From: Marsupella aquatica
Taxonomy: Eukaryota > Plantae > Marchantiophyta
Length of the DNA: 64,000 nt
Assembly (NCBI GenBank): GCA_973895155.1
Contig: OZ316896.1
Span: 620,001 to 684,000, forward strand
Reading direction: 5' to 3'
Shown one piece after another: positions 51,883 to 64,000 of this stretch (positions are counted from its first letter, which is position 1; every line of letters starts with the position of its first letter). The position numbers and the translations under genes are program-made. Below the pieces are notes generated by a model. The model ran no database searches. It saw only the letters and a program-made list of their open reading frames with translations, and was not told where the DNA came from.

Positions 51883-51972
51883 GTGATCACTGAGCTGATC
51901 ACTGAGCCACACTCGCTGATCACTGAGCCACACTCTACTGAGCCACACTCGCTGATCACTGAGCCACACTCA
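51883..51972. repeat. ~21-bp minisatellite (TGATCACTGAGCCACACTCGC)
   Basis: Four to five partial or complete units are read directly, at the left edge of an insertion upstream of RLK copy B. Confidence 0.85.
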
Positions 51973-53253
51973 TTTAGTGTCAGGAAACAATTAGTGTCAC
52001 ACACTAATTTGGGGTAGCTCTTGATTTGGGGTATCTTGATTTTCAGCCAAGTGACACTATTTATCGTCGCCCTTAATTCTGGAAAATAAATTAATATATT
52101 GAAAAATATTGATAATTAGAGGTGACAATGTTATTACCTTATACTGCTCTCACTCCAAAGTTATCCAAACTACCAACTATATCTCTTTGTGTGTATATTC
52201 TTAGAAAGTTCCTTTGTGTTTTACCTTGTCGGGGTCTTTGTGAAAGGAGGTTGATAGATTTATAACACTGTGAGAATGGATTGGATTTGCTAGCACAAGG
52301 GAAAGAGAATCAAGACTGTGTCAAAATGTCAATAATAATTAATCTGAGTCTCGTTTGGCTTATCCTTGTTGTATTTCAAAAAATGATAAATGAAGACCCA
52401 AAAAATGTGGGGACTGGGACACAGGACACATCTGGGAAATTGATAAATCCAGGCAAACATGAGGGCAAACATTGATTTTTGACATTGGCAAGGGACTCTG
52501 TAGCTAAGATGAACAGTTCTATTCACAGACATCACATGTCTCATGCACAAAATTCAATGATAACACCCGTTTGTCTCTAAATGTCAATGGTTTATAGTCT
52601 GAAAATCAACTTACACTTGAGCTTGAGAATATCATAGCAAAGTACCAAGTGAATTTTTAAGGGAGTCGAGTTGGCCTTGACATTGATGTTACTGCTGAAG
52701 TAGCTCCTGATTTTTGTGAACCAGGTGAAGAGCCAACTTAACCTCTTCTCTTAAGGCTGTACGCCATCTTGCAAGGATGAGACACAGGGGACAGATTGTA
52801 GGAGATTGACAAGAATGTCAGTTTGTAGCTTATGTGAGACAACATGTGGCATAGTTGATGGAAGTGAATCAATATAGATATTGTTTGCTCAATGTGCTTC
52901 AAGAGTACCCCAAACTGCAAATGTGAGGAGGAGTTATAAATTTCTGAAGTTTGCTTAATATTTGAGTAGTGTATGAAAGGAGTTATAAGTTTCTGTTTCT
53001 GAAGTTTTCTCAATGTTTGAGTAGTTAAATTTGTAAACTATAATCAAATATTGTGCGCATTTTTTAATTTTTTATAAGCGACTTTTAACTATTGTCCGTT
53101 CTTTGTTTTTAACTTTAAGTGTATGTGACACTATTTGACTTGTGACCACAATTAGTGTCATACTATATTATTTAGTGTCACACACCCTAATTCCCATCAC
53201 TTACCTCAAATATAACCTCACACTAATTAGAGTGCGTGAGACTAAATACTGTA
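51972..53253. mobile_element. ~1.3-kb insertion in the upstream region of RLK copy B, decayed DNA-transposon-like
   Basis: Homology to copy A's upstream region breaks at ~51900 and resumes at ~53265. Both ends carry TTAGTGTCA/TGACACTA motifs. The right end GACTAAATACTGTA (reverse complement TA-CAGTATTTAGTC) resembles a Tc1/mariner-type end. Confidence 0.45.
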
Positions 53254-54176
53254 AAGAGTGTAGATCAACAGAACACGGGGTAGAACGATATTCTCGTCAA
53301 GCAGACCTGCTCATCAATCCATTGACTTAAATCTACGAGTTCCCTCAAATCTTTGATCAACAGACTATGCACACATGCTCGAAGACGTTGGTGGCACTTG
53401 GGAGATTTTTTCCCCCCAAAGCAAACTGGAGGGCCATTCCACACACTAAATATAATATGTTGTGGCTAAAAGCATTTTTGAAATCCTTGTATGGCATCCA
53501 GGGGGCAGCCAGTGGTGCTTGAATTTGCTGATTGAAAACCCACTCCACCAAAATGTCACTTATTTGGCTAACGTCTTCCTAGATGTGACAAGAAAAGATC
53601 TTATGAATGAATTGTGGTCCCTTTTTAATGCAATGACTTAAAGTAGGAATGGGCCAAGGGCAGAGAAGAGAAGAAGGGACCTCCAATAGAGGTGGTCTAA
53701 AATCTAGGACAAAACAGTGCTCTACATAAACAAGAATTGGGCACTACTCCATTCCATGGAGAATTGGTAATAGGTTAGGTTTAAAGTGCCCCCACTTTCT
53801 GTGAAGTGAACAATAACAGTTTATCTTAAATGGATAGCCTTGATCAGATCTTGGAGACCAAAAAAATTGTGGAAATTGCCCCCAAGGCCAAGTTGTAAAG
53901 CCACTGGGTTCAACCTTAGATGGCCAGTCAGGAAGTTTCCAACTTCCAAAGTCCACAAGCCAAAGTCACGCTGGGTAGGTCACACAAGTTTCTTACAAAA
54001 ACTTGCATGATTTCATCTGACAGATGCTAAAAAACTTGCATTTGATTTCATCTGACAGATGCTCTCATTCCAGCTGGGAAAGTGCTTTGGAGCAACCGTG
54101 CACACAATCTCTGGTGACATTGGAAATCGTATCCCACTATATATCAAAATGCCAACAAAAATGTAAAACCGGGAAG

Positions 54177-55963
54177 CAAGGAGACGAGCCCCTGGAACAG
54201 CATTAACTGTACCTCGGGACTCCCCCACATCCTACCGGAAGGAGCACCCTGAGTGCACCCTGAGTTTTGCCCTTTTTGCACCCATCTCTTTTCAGGCCAT
54301 GACATTACACCCTCGCGGGCTCCTCTCAATTAGAGACTTAACTTAATTCACCATTCTTATCCCCTCTTGTGTAGTGCCTTTTTCCCTTGCATTTGCATCT
54401 GTTGGTGGAAGTGTTTGTTTAAATTTCTTGGACTCCATGGAGGCAATCTTTTAAAAGTAGTTGACATTCTATTTAAATTTCTTGGACTCCATGGAGAGTT
54501 CCCGGGTATTATCCCGGTTTTGAAAAAAATTAATTAAATAATTCTTGGACTCCATGGAGGCGATCTTTTGACAGTAACCGACACATTTTGACCCACTTTG
54601 CAAAGTCCAGCCCTAGTGTAATTTTAGTCATTGATTTATGAGGGGTTGATTATTCAGTGGAAGATCACCTGAGCTCAAACTCTTGCCACTAAATTCTTCC
54701 TCAATTCATCCTTGTATTCCACACCTTCCAAATGGGTAACAAATGCATTCATGCCTAGCTCGTAATCGTGCCTAACTTTGTAACCTTTATGGGAGCCTGA
54801 GCACTTTGCGTATGTAATCATGCATTTTTGAAACCATTCTTATATTTCATATGTAAGATGCAAGGGGGTTGAAACCAAATTGATCTATCTAATTCAAAAA
54901 AAATGGAGATAATCATTTCAGATGTAAACTACAGTAGTCATTTTTACTGCTCAAGCCTTAGAATAAAGAAAAATGGGGAGCCATTTGTTTTTCTTTTTAA
55001 ATTTAATCAATGGAGATGATATACTAATATAACCAATTTAAAAAACATTTGGTTGATAAAGTGCTCAAGCAAGAATCGAAGTTATAACCATCAGTCAATT
55101 CATAGCCTTGTGGACGTTTGTAAGACTCTACTGTACTACTGTGGAGAAAATTCAGGAAGTATTAAAGAAATGGATATATTTGAAAATCAAAACTGCTATT
55201 ATACTCATCATTACGCTGACTTTCAAAAGAGAAATTGTTTCAAAATCCAATTTGATGATTGAATTGAAAATTGGTTTTCCTTGGAAGTTGGTTCTACAAT
55301 AGTTTAGCCGTATGAGTAGGTGATAATTTTTAAATTTTTAAATTTTTGGTTTAAATTTGGGATTAGCAATGGTGTATATTCTTTTGAGTTTAGTGTTTGT
55401 GCTCCCTGGACCTTGAAACACTAAAGTTACAAGGTTAGGCAATTACAAGCTAGACATGAATGCATTTGTTATCCATCTGGAAGGCGAACCATGAACTGAG
55501 GAAGAATTTAGTAGCAAGAGTTTGAGCTCAGGTGATCTTGCACTTAATAATCAACCCCTCATAAATCAATGACTAAAATTAGACTGGGGCCGGACTTTGC
55601 AATACGGGTCAAAATGTGTCAGCTACTATCTAACAATTGCCTCCATGGAGTCCAAGAATTATTATTAATTATTTTTTTCAAAACCGGGACAATTTACCCA
55701 GGAACCCTCCATGGAATCCAATAAATTTAAACAAACACTCCCACAAACAGATGCAAGGGAAAAAGACATTATGTACACAAGAGGGGATAAATTTGTTGAA
55801 TTAAGTTAAGTCTCTAATTGAGAGGGAGCCAGGGGCAGCGAGTGTAAGGTCATGGCCTGAAAAGAGATGGGTGCACAAAGGGGAAAACTCAGGGCGCTCC
55901 TTCAGGTAGGTTGTGGGAGAGTCCCGAGATACATTAATGCTGTTCCAGGGACTCGTCTCCTTG
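54177..55963. mobile_element. Fold-back element with ~550-600-bp diverged inverted arms (MULE/foldback-like)
   Basis: The left arm 54177-~54790 (CAAGGAGACGAG...AATTAGAGACTTAACTTAATTCA...GAGCTCAAACTCTTGC...) is the reverse complement of the right arm ~55420-55963 (...GCAAGAGTTTGAGCTC...TGAATTAAGTTAAGTCTCTAATT...CTCGTCTCCTTG). An AT-rich spacer lies between them. Confidence 0.8.
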
Positions 55964-56779
55964 AATGGAAGGTTCAACCTTAGATGGACAGTGAAGTGTC
56001 CCCCAAAGTCCACAAGCCTTCATCTGACAAACGCTTCAGTCCAGCTGGGAAAGTGCTTTGGAACAACCGGGCACGGTTTACGACAATCTCTGGTCACATT
56101 ATTGGACATCGTATCCCACTTGTAAAGCCACGAATCATTATTGTAAAGCCACCCTGAAGACTTCTACAGTCAAGAAGGGTCAACCCACCTTAAATTAATG
56201 GTTGCAATGGCATCTCAATCCAGAAACGAAAGACCGTCCCTCTTGTTCTTGTAAAGACTTCTAAAAATGTGCAGTCTAGATTTGATTTCTGGCTAGCTCA
56301 TATTTTGAGATTTTTCCTTTTTTGCCACACATCCTTTTTGACCAGTGTGGCACGCTAAGGAATGTCACCTTGTGTCAAAGGAAAAGATGCTAGGTATATT
56401 TTTATGTCATCAATAGAGTCCTTATATTTTTATGTCATTGATAGAGTCCACCTTTCTAAATTTATATGGCCCGTTTTCTGTCTTCTATTAGCCAGTTTCA
56501 CACCTAGCAAGCGATCCATCAGCCAGAATGTAGCCATCATGCTTAGATCGAGGGAAATCAGAATATAAGGACTCTATCAAATTTGGCAACAAAAAATGTT
56601 GTTCCTAGCATTATGAAGTTTAATGTACTCTACTTCTACTAAAACTTTCAATGGTGTCATCTACAGTACTTGGTAAGGCCCTGCATAGACAGAGTGATTG
56701 TACGTTATGCTTCACATGCCTAAGGGCTATTTGGCAGGTGGTTTATGATGCTATACATACCTAAGTAAGGGCAACTTAG

Positions 56780-57655
56780 CACGGGAAAGGAGTTAACCTG
56801 ACCCCTCTAGTATCTTGTGGACTACCTTGATTGACCACAGGACTTGATGAGGCCCTTTGGACGGCTGGCCATAAAAAATCCAAAAATATACACTATCTCT
56901 GGAGTAGTTGTCGTTGGGTCTGTCTCGCTGCACAGGGCGTCAATACCCTGTCTCTGCTGCACAGGGCGTCAATACTTGGCACAAAACATCTTAATTTGTG
57001 ATAAACCTCAACAATTAATTTTATTTGATGACTAAATGAATTTTGGTGGAGTTGAAAACTGTTTGGTGTGATCTCTAAAGTTCAACCTACCTTCTGGAAT
57101 ACTTGGAATATTTGGACATCTCCTAAGTAACACTCAATCTTATATCCTCAAAAATCTGCTCTTGGGAATTTTCCTTAAGTCATTTGTTTTGCAAAAGCAT
57201 AATACTTTAATTTACAATTCCCTTAGAATCTGTCAGCTTATTTGAAGAAGGTACCTAGCTTAGTTTTGGTTTGAACTTTGTTCTAGGTACCTAAAGAAAA
57301 CTGCACATTCAATTGTAGATTACAGTTTGTAAAAGAGTGTAATTTGAGGATATAGGATTGAGTATTGGAGGTGTCCAAATGGTCCAAAAAAATAGGGCAA
57401 AACATTTCAGTAAGTAGCTTGAATGTTAGAGATCACACCAAACCTTTTTTAGCTCAAGTGGCGCCACAAGTCAAGTACTGACACCCTGTGCAACGGAGGT
57501 AGACCCTAGTACTGCGACCAGTACTAGGAAGATACTGTATATTGGGGATTTTTGCAGCCTAAGGTCCAAAGCTAGGGCCTCATCAAGTCCTGAATCCATC
57601 TTTGTGATCAATCAAATTCACAAGATCCTAAAGGGGCATGGTTAAGTCTTTTCCT
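56780..57655. repeat. ~880-bp diverged palindromic (hairpin) element
   Basis: CAGGACTTGATGAGGCCC (~56838) pairs with GGGCCTCATCAAGTCCTG (~57575), TTTGGTGTGATCTCTAA with TTAGAGATCACACCAAA, and TATATCCTCAAA with TTTGAGGATATA. The centre is GGTACCTAG...CTAGGTACC at ~57250-57291. Confidence 0.8.
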
Positions 57656-58141
57656 CAACTTGGCATGATACAGAAGTGCAACACTACATGAAATCAATGT
57701 TGATAGGGATCATTGTATAATTGTTAGCGAACCAACAGAGTATGGGACTCCTCATCTCACTTGCACTAGTACTCCCCAACAGGCTCCCCAACATGGAAGG
57801 ATGGGACTATTTCCCCCTTCTATTGGACTCCCCCAACATTCCCCAACATTAAAAAATGGGACTATTCTCCCGGCTTCTAAGGTCCTTGTAGGTTGCTTGA
57901 ACTCAGAGAACGGAACAAAATTAATTATTTTAGGTCTTGATTGGGAGCAGTGGGATTTTATGATTGTTGTTGATGATTGATCGAGGAAGTGCTCGAGGAG
58001 GTGGAGCTGAGATATGGACAAAGTTTGCTCGTGACTGAAGAACAAAGGAGGGAGGTGAAGAGGCCTAAGCTAGCTGCAACATACTAGCTAGTCTACTGCT
58101 CCTGTGCTGCTTTCCCAAGAACTAATTAATCAGCCATAGCA

Positions 58142-58265
58142 TTGGGTGCTTAGTTCTTGACCTACTATAGTGGTTCTAGCATCTACACACTCTCTTGATT
58201 TTGTTGGGTGCTTAGTTCTTGATCTAATATAGTGGTTCTAGCATCTACACACTCTCTTGATTTTG
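58142..58265. repeat. 62-bp tandem duplication
   Basis: TTGGGTGCTTAGTTCTTGA.CTA.TATAGTGGTTCTAGCATCTACACACTCTCTTGATTTTG occurs twice. Confidence 0.9.
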
Positions 58266-60679
58266 ATATATCGTTCCCAAGTTGAGTAACATAATTACAA
58301 GAAACAGGATTTGCTCCAATATGAAGGTGGGAGCTAAAGGTGATTATGTACAGACTGCAACACCTGAGTTTGGCTGGAGATTCTTGAGTAGGAGAAATGA
58401 GAATGGGAGGCTGGAACCTACTGGGTTGGAAGGAACAAAGAGAAAAAATAAAAGTGGGTTAAGTTCAAGACGAAAGGTGGCTGAATTTTTATAGCGCAAG
58501 TGTATATGGTACGTGGCAGAAAATCTATCTTTAGACTGTTGAGGAGAGAAAATGATGTTGAGGAGAGGAAAAAAAGTCAAGGTAAGAAAAGATATCAAGG
58601 AGAGAAAATAAGCCGAGCTGAGAAAAAGATGTCAAGGTGAGAAAACAATGTGGAGGTTACGAAAAAAATATCAAGGAGAGAAAAGATGTTCTGGTGAAAT
58701 AAAGACATGAAGGTGAGAACTCGGGGGGTCACTATATGAAGGGTCATACATCACGTGCGACGGTTTGGGTCATTTATGACCCCCCTAAGTCACTTTCTAG
58801 AAAGTTGTACGACACCAATCATGTGATGACACGTATGCATTTTGCAATTAAACAACCCTATATTTCCATAGAAGACTTATAAGTCTTCCGCCAAAACCAT
58901 TTAAATGACCCTATACTTCGTCGCACATGATATGCCACTTCCATGGAATTGACCCCCCCCCCCCCCCCCGCCCGAGGGTGAGAAAACGATGGCAAGATGA
59001 GAAGAAGATGTCAAGGCAAGGCAAGTAAATATAAGCTTTGCAATGTAGTTACTGAGACAGTCATGTATGTGTGATCCTGACCATACAATTGTTGGGGTAG
59101 TGTTTAATGCCCATGCATTGCACATAAGATGTTGCAAAAAAATGTCATTGCATAAAAGATGTCCATGTCAAAGAGATGTTGTTGCAAAAGTGAGGGGAGG
59201 GCGCGAGACAGGTGGTGGCAACCGAGGGCAGACGCTTTCACATAACAGTAGGTAGAAGGTGACATCCCCCGGCCCTTCTTCATGGCCTCCTCTCCCCCCT
59301 TAACTTTCTCTTGGGCTACCTGGCTCCCCCCTTTTCCACAACCCAATAAAAGGCAAGGGTGGCGCTTTCTCCTCCATTTCCCCTCGTATTGCTTACTATT
59401 ATTTTCTTTAGTTTCATAGTCCTTTGCTCCACTTTGTCTCATCCCATGCCCTCCAACCTAGGTAAGCCCCTTACCCATGGAATGATGCGTCATTAATTTC
59501 CCCTCCCTACTTTGAACTTTAATTTGGCTCCTAGTCCCTGTCCTCTCATAATGGTGTCCCAAGTGCCCCCTATCCCATTGATGACAACACAAGGGACTCA
59601 CAACATATGCCATCATCTCCCTCCTATAGAATCTTTGTAGTATACCAAATACTTTGTCTTGCTTTGGATTCGGGAGATTGTTTTTTGACTAATGAAAGGC
59701 TAGGATAAAAGAAAATATCAATCCAATGGTCAGAGAAGGTTCCCTCCAAAAGTGAGTTTGTAAATGGATGACCCAACATTTTTGGAGGGATTTTTTATGA
59801 TAGTAGTTGATGTGTGACTCTGAAGTGGCTACATTTTCTCTCAGGATACCCATGTTGGAACTCTGGCAGTTCCACTTGCTTCCAAGTCAGAGAGTTTGTT
59901 ACCCGACCAAAAACATGTTTCTTACCCCTGACAACTTGTGCGTTGTTACCGGGCTGTTCCCTGTTTGTAGGCCACTGCCCTTCTCCCTCACCCTGCCATG
60001 CTTATGCTATTTAGTAGGTTACTAAGTCATTCTCTCTCCGCAGAGCTCGCAAATCAATACTTATATGTCTGGCTTTAACAGGGTGGTGGTATTTTCCTCC
60101 AAGCAGGCTACCCCACTCTCAAAGGTGCACCACATCACCCACCCCCATTCATAAGTCCAGTTCCGTGTGGTCAAATCAAACAGCAGTTGGGGCCTGGTTC
60201 TTCCCAACTGTTTCATAATATCTATTCCACAAGCTAGACCAACTAAGCTTGTTTTGTTGTGGAGTCCAGCATAGTTTGTGCTATTGTAAGGAAGTACCAG
60301 CAAGCTTCATGCAACATTGGGAAATGAGGTTGAGCTATGTAATGTGTCCGGCATAATTTGTGAACTAATTTGTGCGCTTCACCATTAAATCATGAGGTGC
60401 TGGCTAGGTTTACTGTCCATACTTAGGCACCCACCTCCCATGCCTCAGTTTAGATAACTGGTCTAGCTTTAGTGAATGGGGAATGGGTCCTGTAGAGTAA
60501 CAAAAGTTTTAATTAATAAATGCAGGAGTTTCTATTTATGATTTAAAGGGAATTTGAACTCAACTAGGACCATTGCAATAGGAACATCCTGAAGGTTTAA
60601 GTTGGATATCACCTGTTTCTAGTTCCTCAGTTGAAGGTGTATTAGTTTCTACAGTTGACTAAGGAGAAGTTAGTTTACT

Positions 60680-60950
60680 TAAACCACACCTGCCCATATA
60701 AAAGACTCATTCCCTCCGTCGCTACTCCTCATTCCTTCTTGTGATGAAGAGTGTCACTAAAAAAGGTGGAGCACTTGCCAATAAAGGTTATGCACTCACC
60801 ACCTTTTGTGTAGTTCAAGCCCATGTCTCACTATAAAAGGTAGAGCACTTGCCAATAAAAGGTTAGGCACTCACCACCTTTTGTGTAGCTCAAGCCCCTT
60901 CCTGCCAAGAAAAGGTTAGGCACTTCTTTTGTGTAGGTGAAGCCCATTCC
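60680..60950 (+). repeat. Dispersed repeat (related to 1540-1600) with internal duplication, inserted in the 3' flank of RLK copy C
   Basis: TAAACCACACCTGCCC.TATAAAAG is shared with 1540-1565, and GAGCACTTGCCAATAAAAGGTTA.GCACTCACCACCTTTTGTGTAG occurs twice. It is absent from the homologous 3' flank of copy B. Confidence 0.6.
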
Positions 60951-61677
60951 TCAAACTCTGAACTGTAGGAATAACCCTTAGCTCTTTATGGGTGTGGAAT
61001 GAACGTCGACAAGCTTGGCCCATGTGAGAACTACTTGGCTAACATTCATAATCTAGAAACAAACAGTTACGAAACAAAATCTGGATCATAGTTCCCGTGT
61101 AGAAAATTTCCCAGAGCTGTAGCCTCTCGAGAAAACTTCTGGGAGGAAACAATCCTAGATTCTCGTACCTCACATCGGAATTACAGAATTTGATGAAACC
61201 GGTGAGCAGGATGTCAATCAAAAGGGAAAATCCTGAAATGGCTATCGGTATTCCTGTACCGGTAGCATGTGTGACAACTTATCAACTGCAGAGCGTGTCG
61301 ATCGTGGATAGTGAAGATCTCTGTGAAGATCTTTGCATGATCTAATCCCAAGAGGGATCACATAACACCTTACATCCAGCCGGCAATTGGAGAGTCCATA
61401 TTGAGCAGTAACAGAGCTAGACGTCATACAGCAAGCACGGCCAGTGTATTTCATGCCATCGCAGTCTATACATTATGCCCCCTAGCAGGCAGGAATTATA
61501 TACAAATTAGAAGATAATTTTAATCTAACGCAGAGGTGAACAGATATTCAAGCTTGGAGTCTGCGAACAAGAGCGAAAGGGAAACCATTTCATACTCCCA
61601 AATTGTCTTACACTTCGTTGATCTTCGGGGGATCGGAAGCTCCACCTTGGCTATTGTCAATTGAAATCAAGTTGTGC

Positions 61678-64000
61678 CTATCGGGGTGAGACAACACTTG
61701 GAGCGTCAGTTGCCACGACATCAGACCCTAGGAGATCTTCCTCTGAATCCTCGAGAATAGTTGCATAGTCATTGTCATCATGAGTGTGCTCAACGCTGGA
61801 ATAGAGTTCCAGTTCAACCGCCTCTGACAGTGTGCGCACAACCTGGGCCATATCGGGCCTTACTGCTGTTGTAGCGTCAATGCTTCTAATTGCGACGGAT
61901 AACACTTTCATCATAGACTCCTCGTTAAATTTCCCATTTAACGACGGGTCAATGATTTCCCTGGCAGTCCCGGCCTGTTCTTTTCTACGGACCTGCATTT
62001 TTAACACATACATTTAGCAATCTGAGTCAATTATTTCCTTACTATATAATTCGTCCAGCACGAGCTTGAGCACTACGTCGCTGTGCAATACCTTCGTTAT
62101 TTCAGTGCAACATTACAACTACGGGTGAAGTCTTTTGATGATGCCTTGAACAATCTTGTGGGTGTTCAGGGTAAGCAGTTCGAATACACGAAACTTGCTT
62201 CAACAAAGGAACATAAAGGAAACAAAGTGCTAATTTTCTGAGCGACCTCACGATGTTTTGAGTGCAAGATCAAATTAATACACCGAGATAAATTAAGGGA
62301 GCGATAGGTAGATGGGAAACAGCACGAGCTGTTTTACGTCAAAATTGTGCCTAATTTCGATAGTACGAAAGAGGTACCGACGGGAAGCCAACACAAGTAC
62401 ATCTATGCAAGGTAATATTTAATCGCCCAGGACTTTCTTAAAACTGGACACTAAGAAAGGTTTCTAGGAGAAACCTACCCATTCGATGAGAGTGATAGTG
62501 CTGCCATCTGGACGTTCCGCAACATGAGGATGGCGACCTGAAATTATCTCCAGGAGAACCACCCCAAAACTATACACATCGCTCTTTGGAGTTAACCTTT
62601 GCGTGACGAAGTACCTACATAAAATTCCGTTAAACTTATGACATTCTCTACGGTGTATGTATAATTAAGTCAATATGTTTTCCGAGAAAACACAAATAAA
62701 AAGTAATTCATCTACGTTGTTTGTTCAATGACCGTGAATGAAGGAAGAAATGGCTCAGTCAATTAATAAGGTTTGATTTCATACTCTGGATCAATATACC
62801 CAATCGTGCCCTTCAAGAGGGTATCAACGCCGCTGAATACGCCTTCTGGGGCCTGCTTTGAGATTCCGAAATCCGCAACCTTGGCTACCATGTTCTCATC
62901 AAGCAGTATGTTGTTGCTCTTGACATCACGATGAATAATCCGCGGATGACAGTCCGTATGCAGATATTCTAGCCCTGTGAGAGTTACCGAGATGCAGATC
63001 AAGGCAAGCGTTGTTAATTTTTGGGAACAAACGAAATTTTCCCAAACGAAATAAATATACATTGGCAAGTGGATAGATTCGAATGTCGACGTTTTAGCCT
63101 CCGATATTTACCTTTTGAGGATTCATGCCTTCGATGTAGACCATTATCCGTAATTAAGCCATGTTATCAAACCTTCAATTCATATTCGTTCAGAGTTCTG
63201 ACAATTTGAATTGCCTTCCTAGTTGTCCCTAGCTACCCGGCCCGTAACCGTGACCTAGACACTTGTGGTAGGTGGGATCGAATTATCAGACCTTTAGCCG
63301 AGTTCAGAGCAATGTCAAGTCTTGTCCTCCAATCCAGACGCTTCTTTGATTTGTTGCCTACAAGATCGAAAACAGTATTGCCAAGTTAATTTATAACATG
63401 CGTTTGAGCGCTCTACACACGAAAAGGTATTTTTCCAAACGATCGAGGAGCTGGAATATAAACTATTGTAAACTAATGTTTCCATGCTCAAATGTTGCAT
63501 GGTCGCTGTCTTGGATTCAGAACAGGAATTGTTACCATAAAGGTGGTCACTAAGAGTCCCATTACAAAAATAAACGTAGATGAGAATTTGCTGGTTCTCT
63601 TCTTCACAGTAACCAACCAGCGACACAAGGTTCCTGTGGTGTATACGCGACAGTAATTCAACCTGAAAATGTACAACACATAGATGGATTGCGTACTGTT
63701 AGCAACAGACAGCTTTCGTGCCTGAGGGATCAAAGAGCAAGATACGAACGCGCGGTCGGTCATATACAATTCGCACGGAGAGTATATATGTAGCTAGCGC
63801 TTCTATTAATTAATTTCTAGAAAACAGATTGGTTGCAAACAAACCTCGTTCAAAAACTCAGTCACTCCTTGACGAGAATCTTTCTTCTTCACTTTCACAG
63901 CCACTTCTTGCTCATTCGGAAGTTTTCCATAGTACACCGGCCCGAATGATCCCTCTCCAATTTTCGTCGAGAACCTTTTTGTCGCGTCGCTCAATTCTTC
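61678..64000 (-). CDS. Receptor-like kinase copy C (3' part only; kinase exons; gene continues beyond the window end)
   Basis: [73 protein letters not shown] and a last exon ending SPR*. Intron positions match copies A and B. It is more diverged from A and B than they are from each other. Confidence 0.9.

Noticed and set aside
52329-53013. Pogo/DDE transposase remnant inside the insertion
   Set aside because: Only vague resemblance (e.g. 'HET..D..NRTVH') across frameshifts, which cannot be supported without a search.

Overview
Eukaryotic nuclear DNA from a land plant. The gene content and repeat style suggest a non-seed plant such as a liverwort, but this is inference only. Six protein-coding loci can be reconstructed from the ORFs plus GT-AG splice junctions: (1) a 6-exon mitochondrial adrenodoxin-type [2Fe-2S] ferredoxin (-); (2) head-to-head with it, a complete and entirely intron-less DNA polymerase delta catalytic subunit POLD1 (+); (3) a 3-coding-exon plastid PiT-family phosphate transporter PHT2;1 (-); (4-6) a tandem array of at least three receptor-like kinases of the malectin-like/GDPC/LRR type (LRR-I, SYMRK/IOS1 architecture, -), two complete and one cut by the window end. 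Intergenic DNA holds a tRNA-derived SINE with TSD, L1-type LINE remnants, an hAT-type MITE with an 8-bp TSD, two long fold-back inverted repeats, dispersed repeats and many short tandem repeats. The most notable observations are the intron-less POLD1 (probable functional retrogene) and the RLK array. In the array a ~2.3 kb almost identical intron-rich tract lies directly beside a strongly diverged malectin exon, and a duplicated splice acceptor could produce a truncated isoform. No prokaryotic-type system (CRISPR etc.) is present, and I cannot support a claim of a wholly new system from sequence alone.
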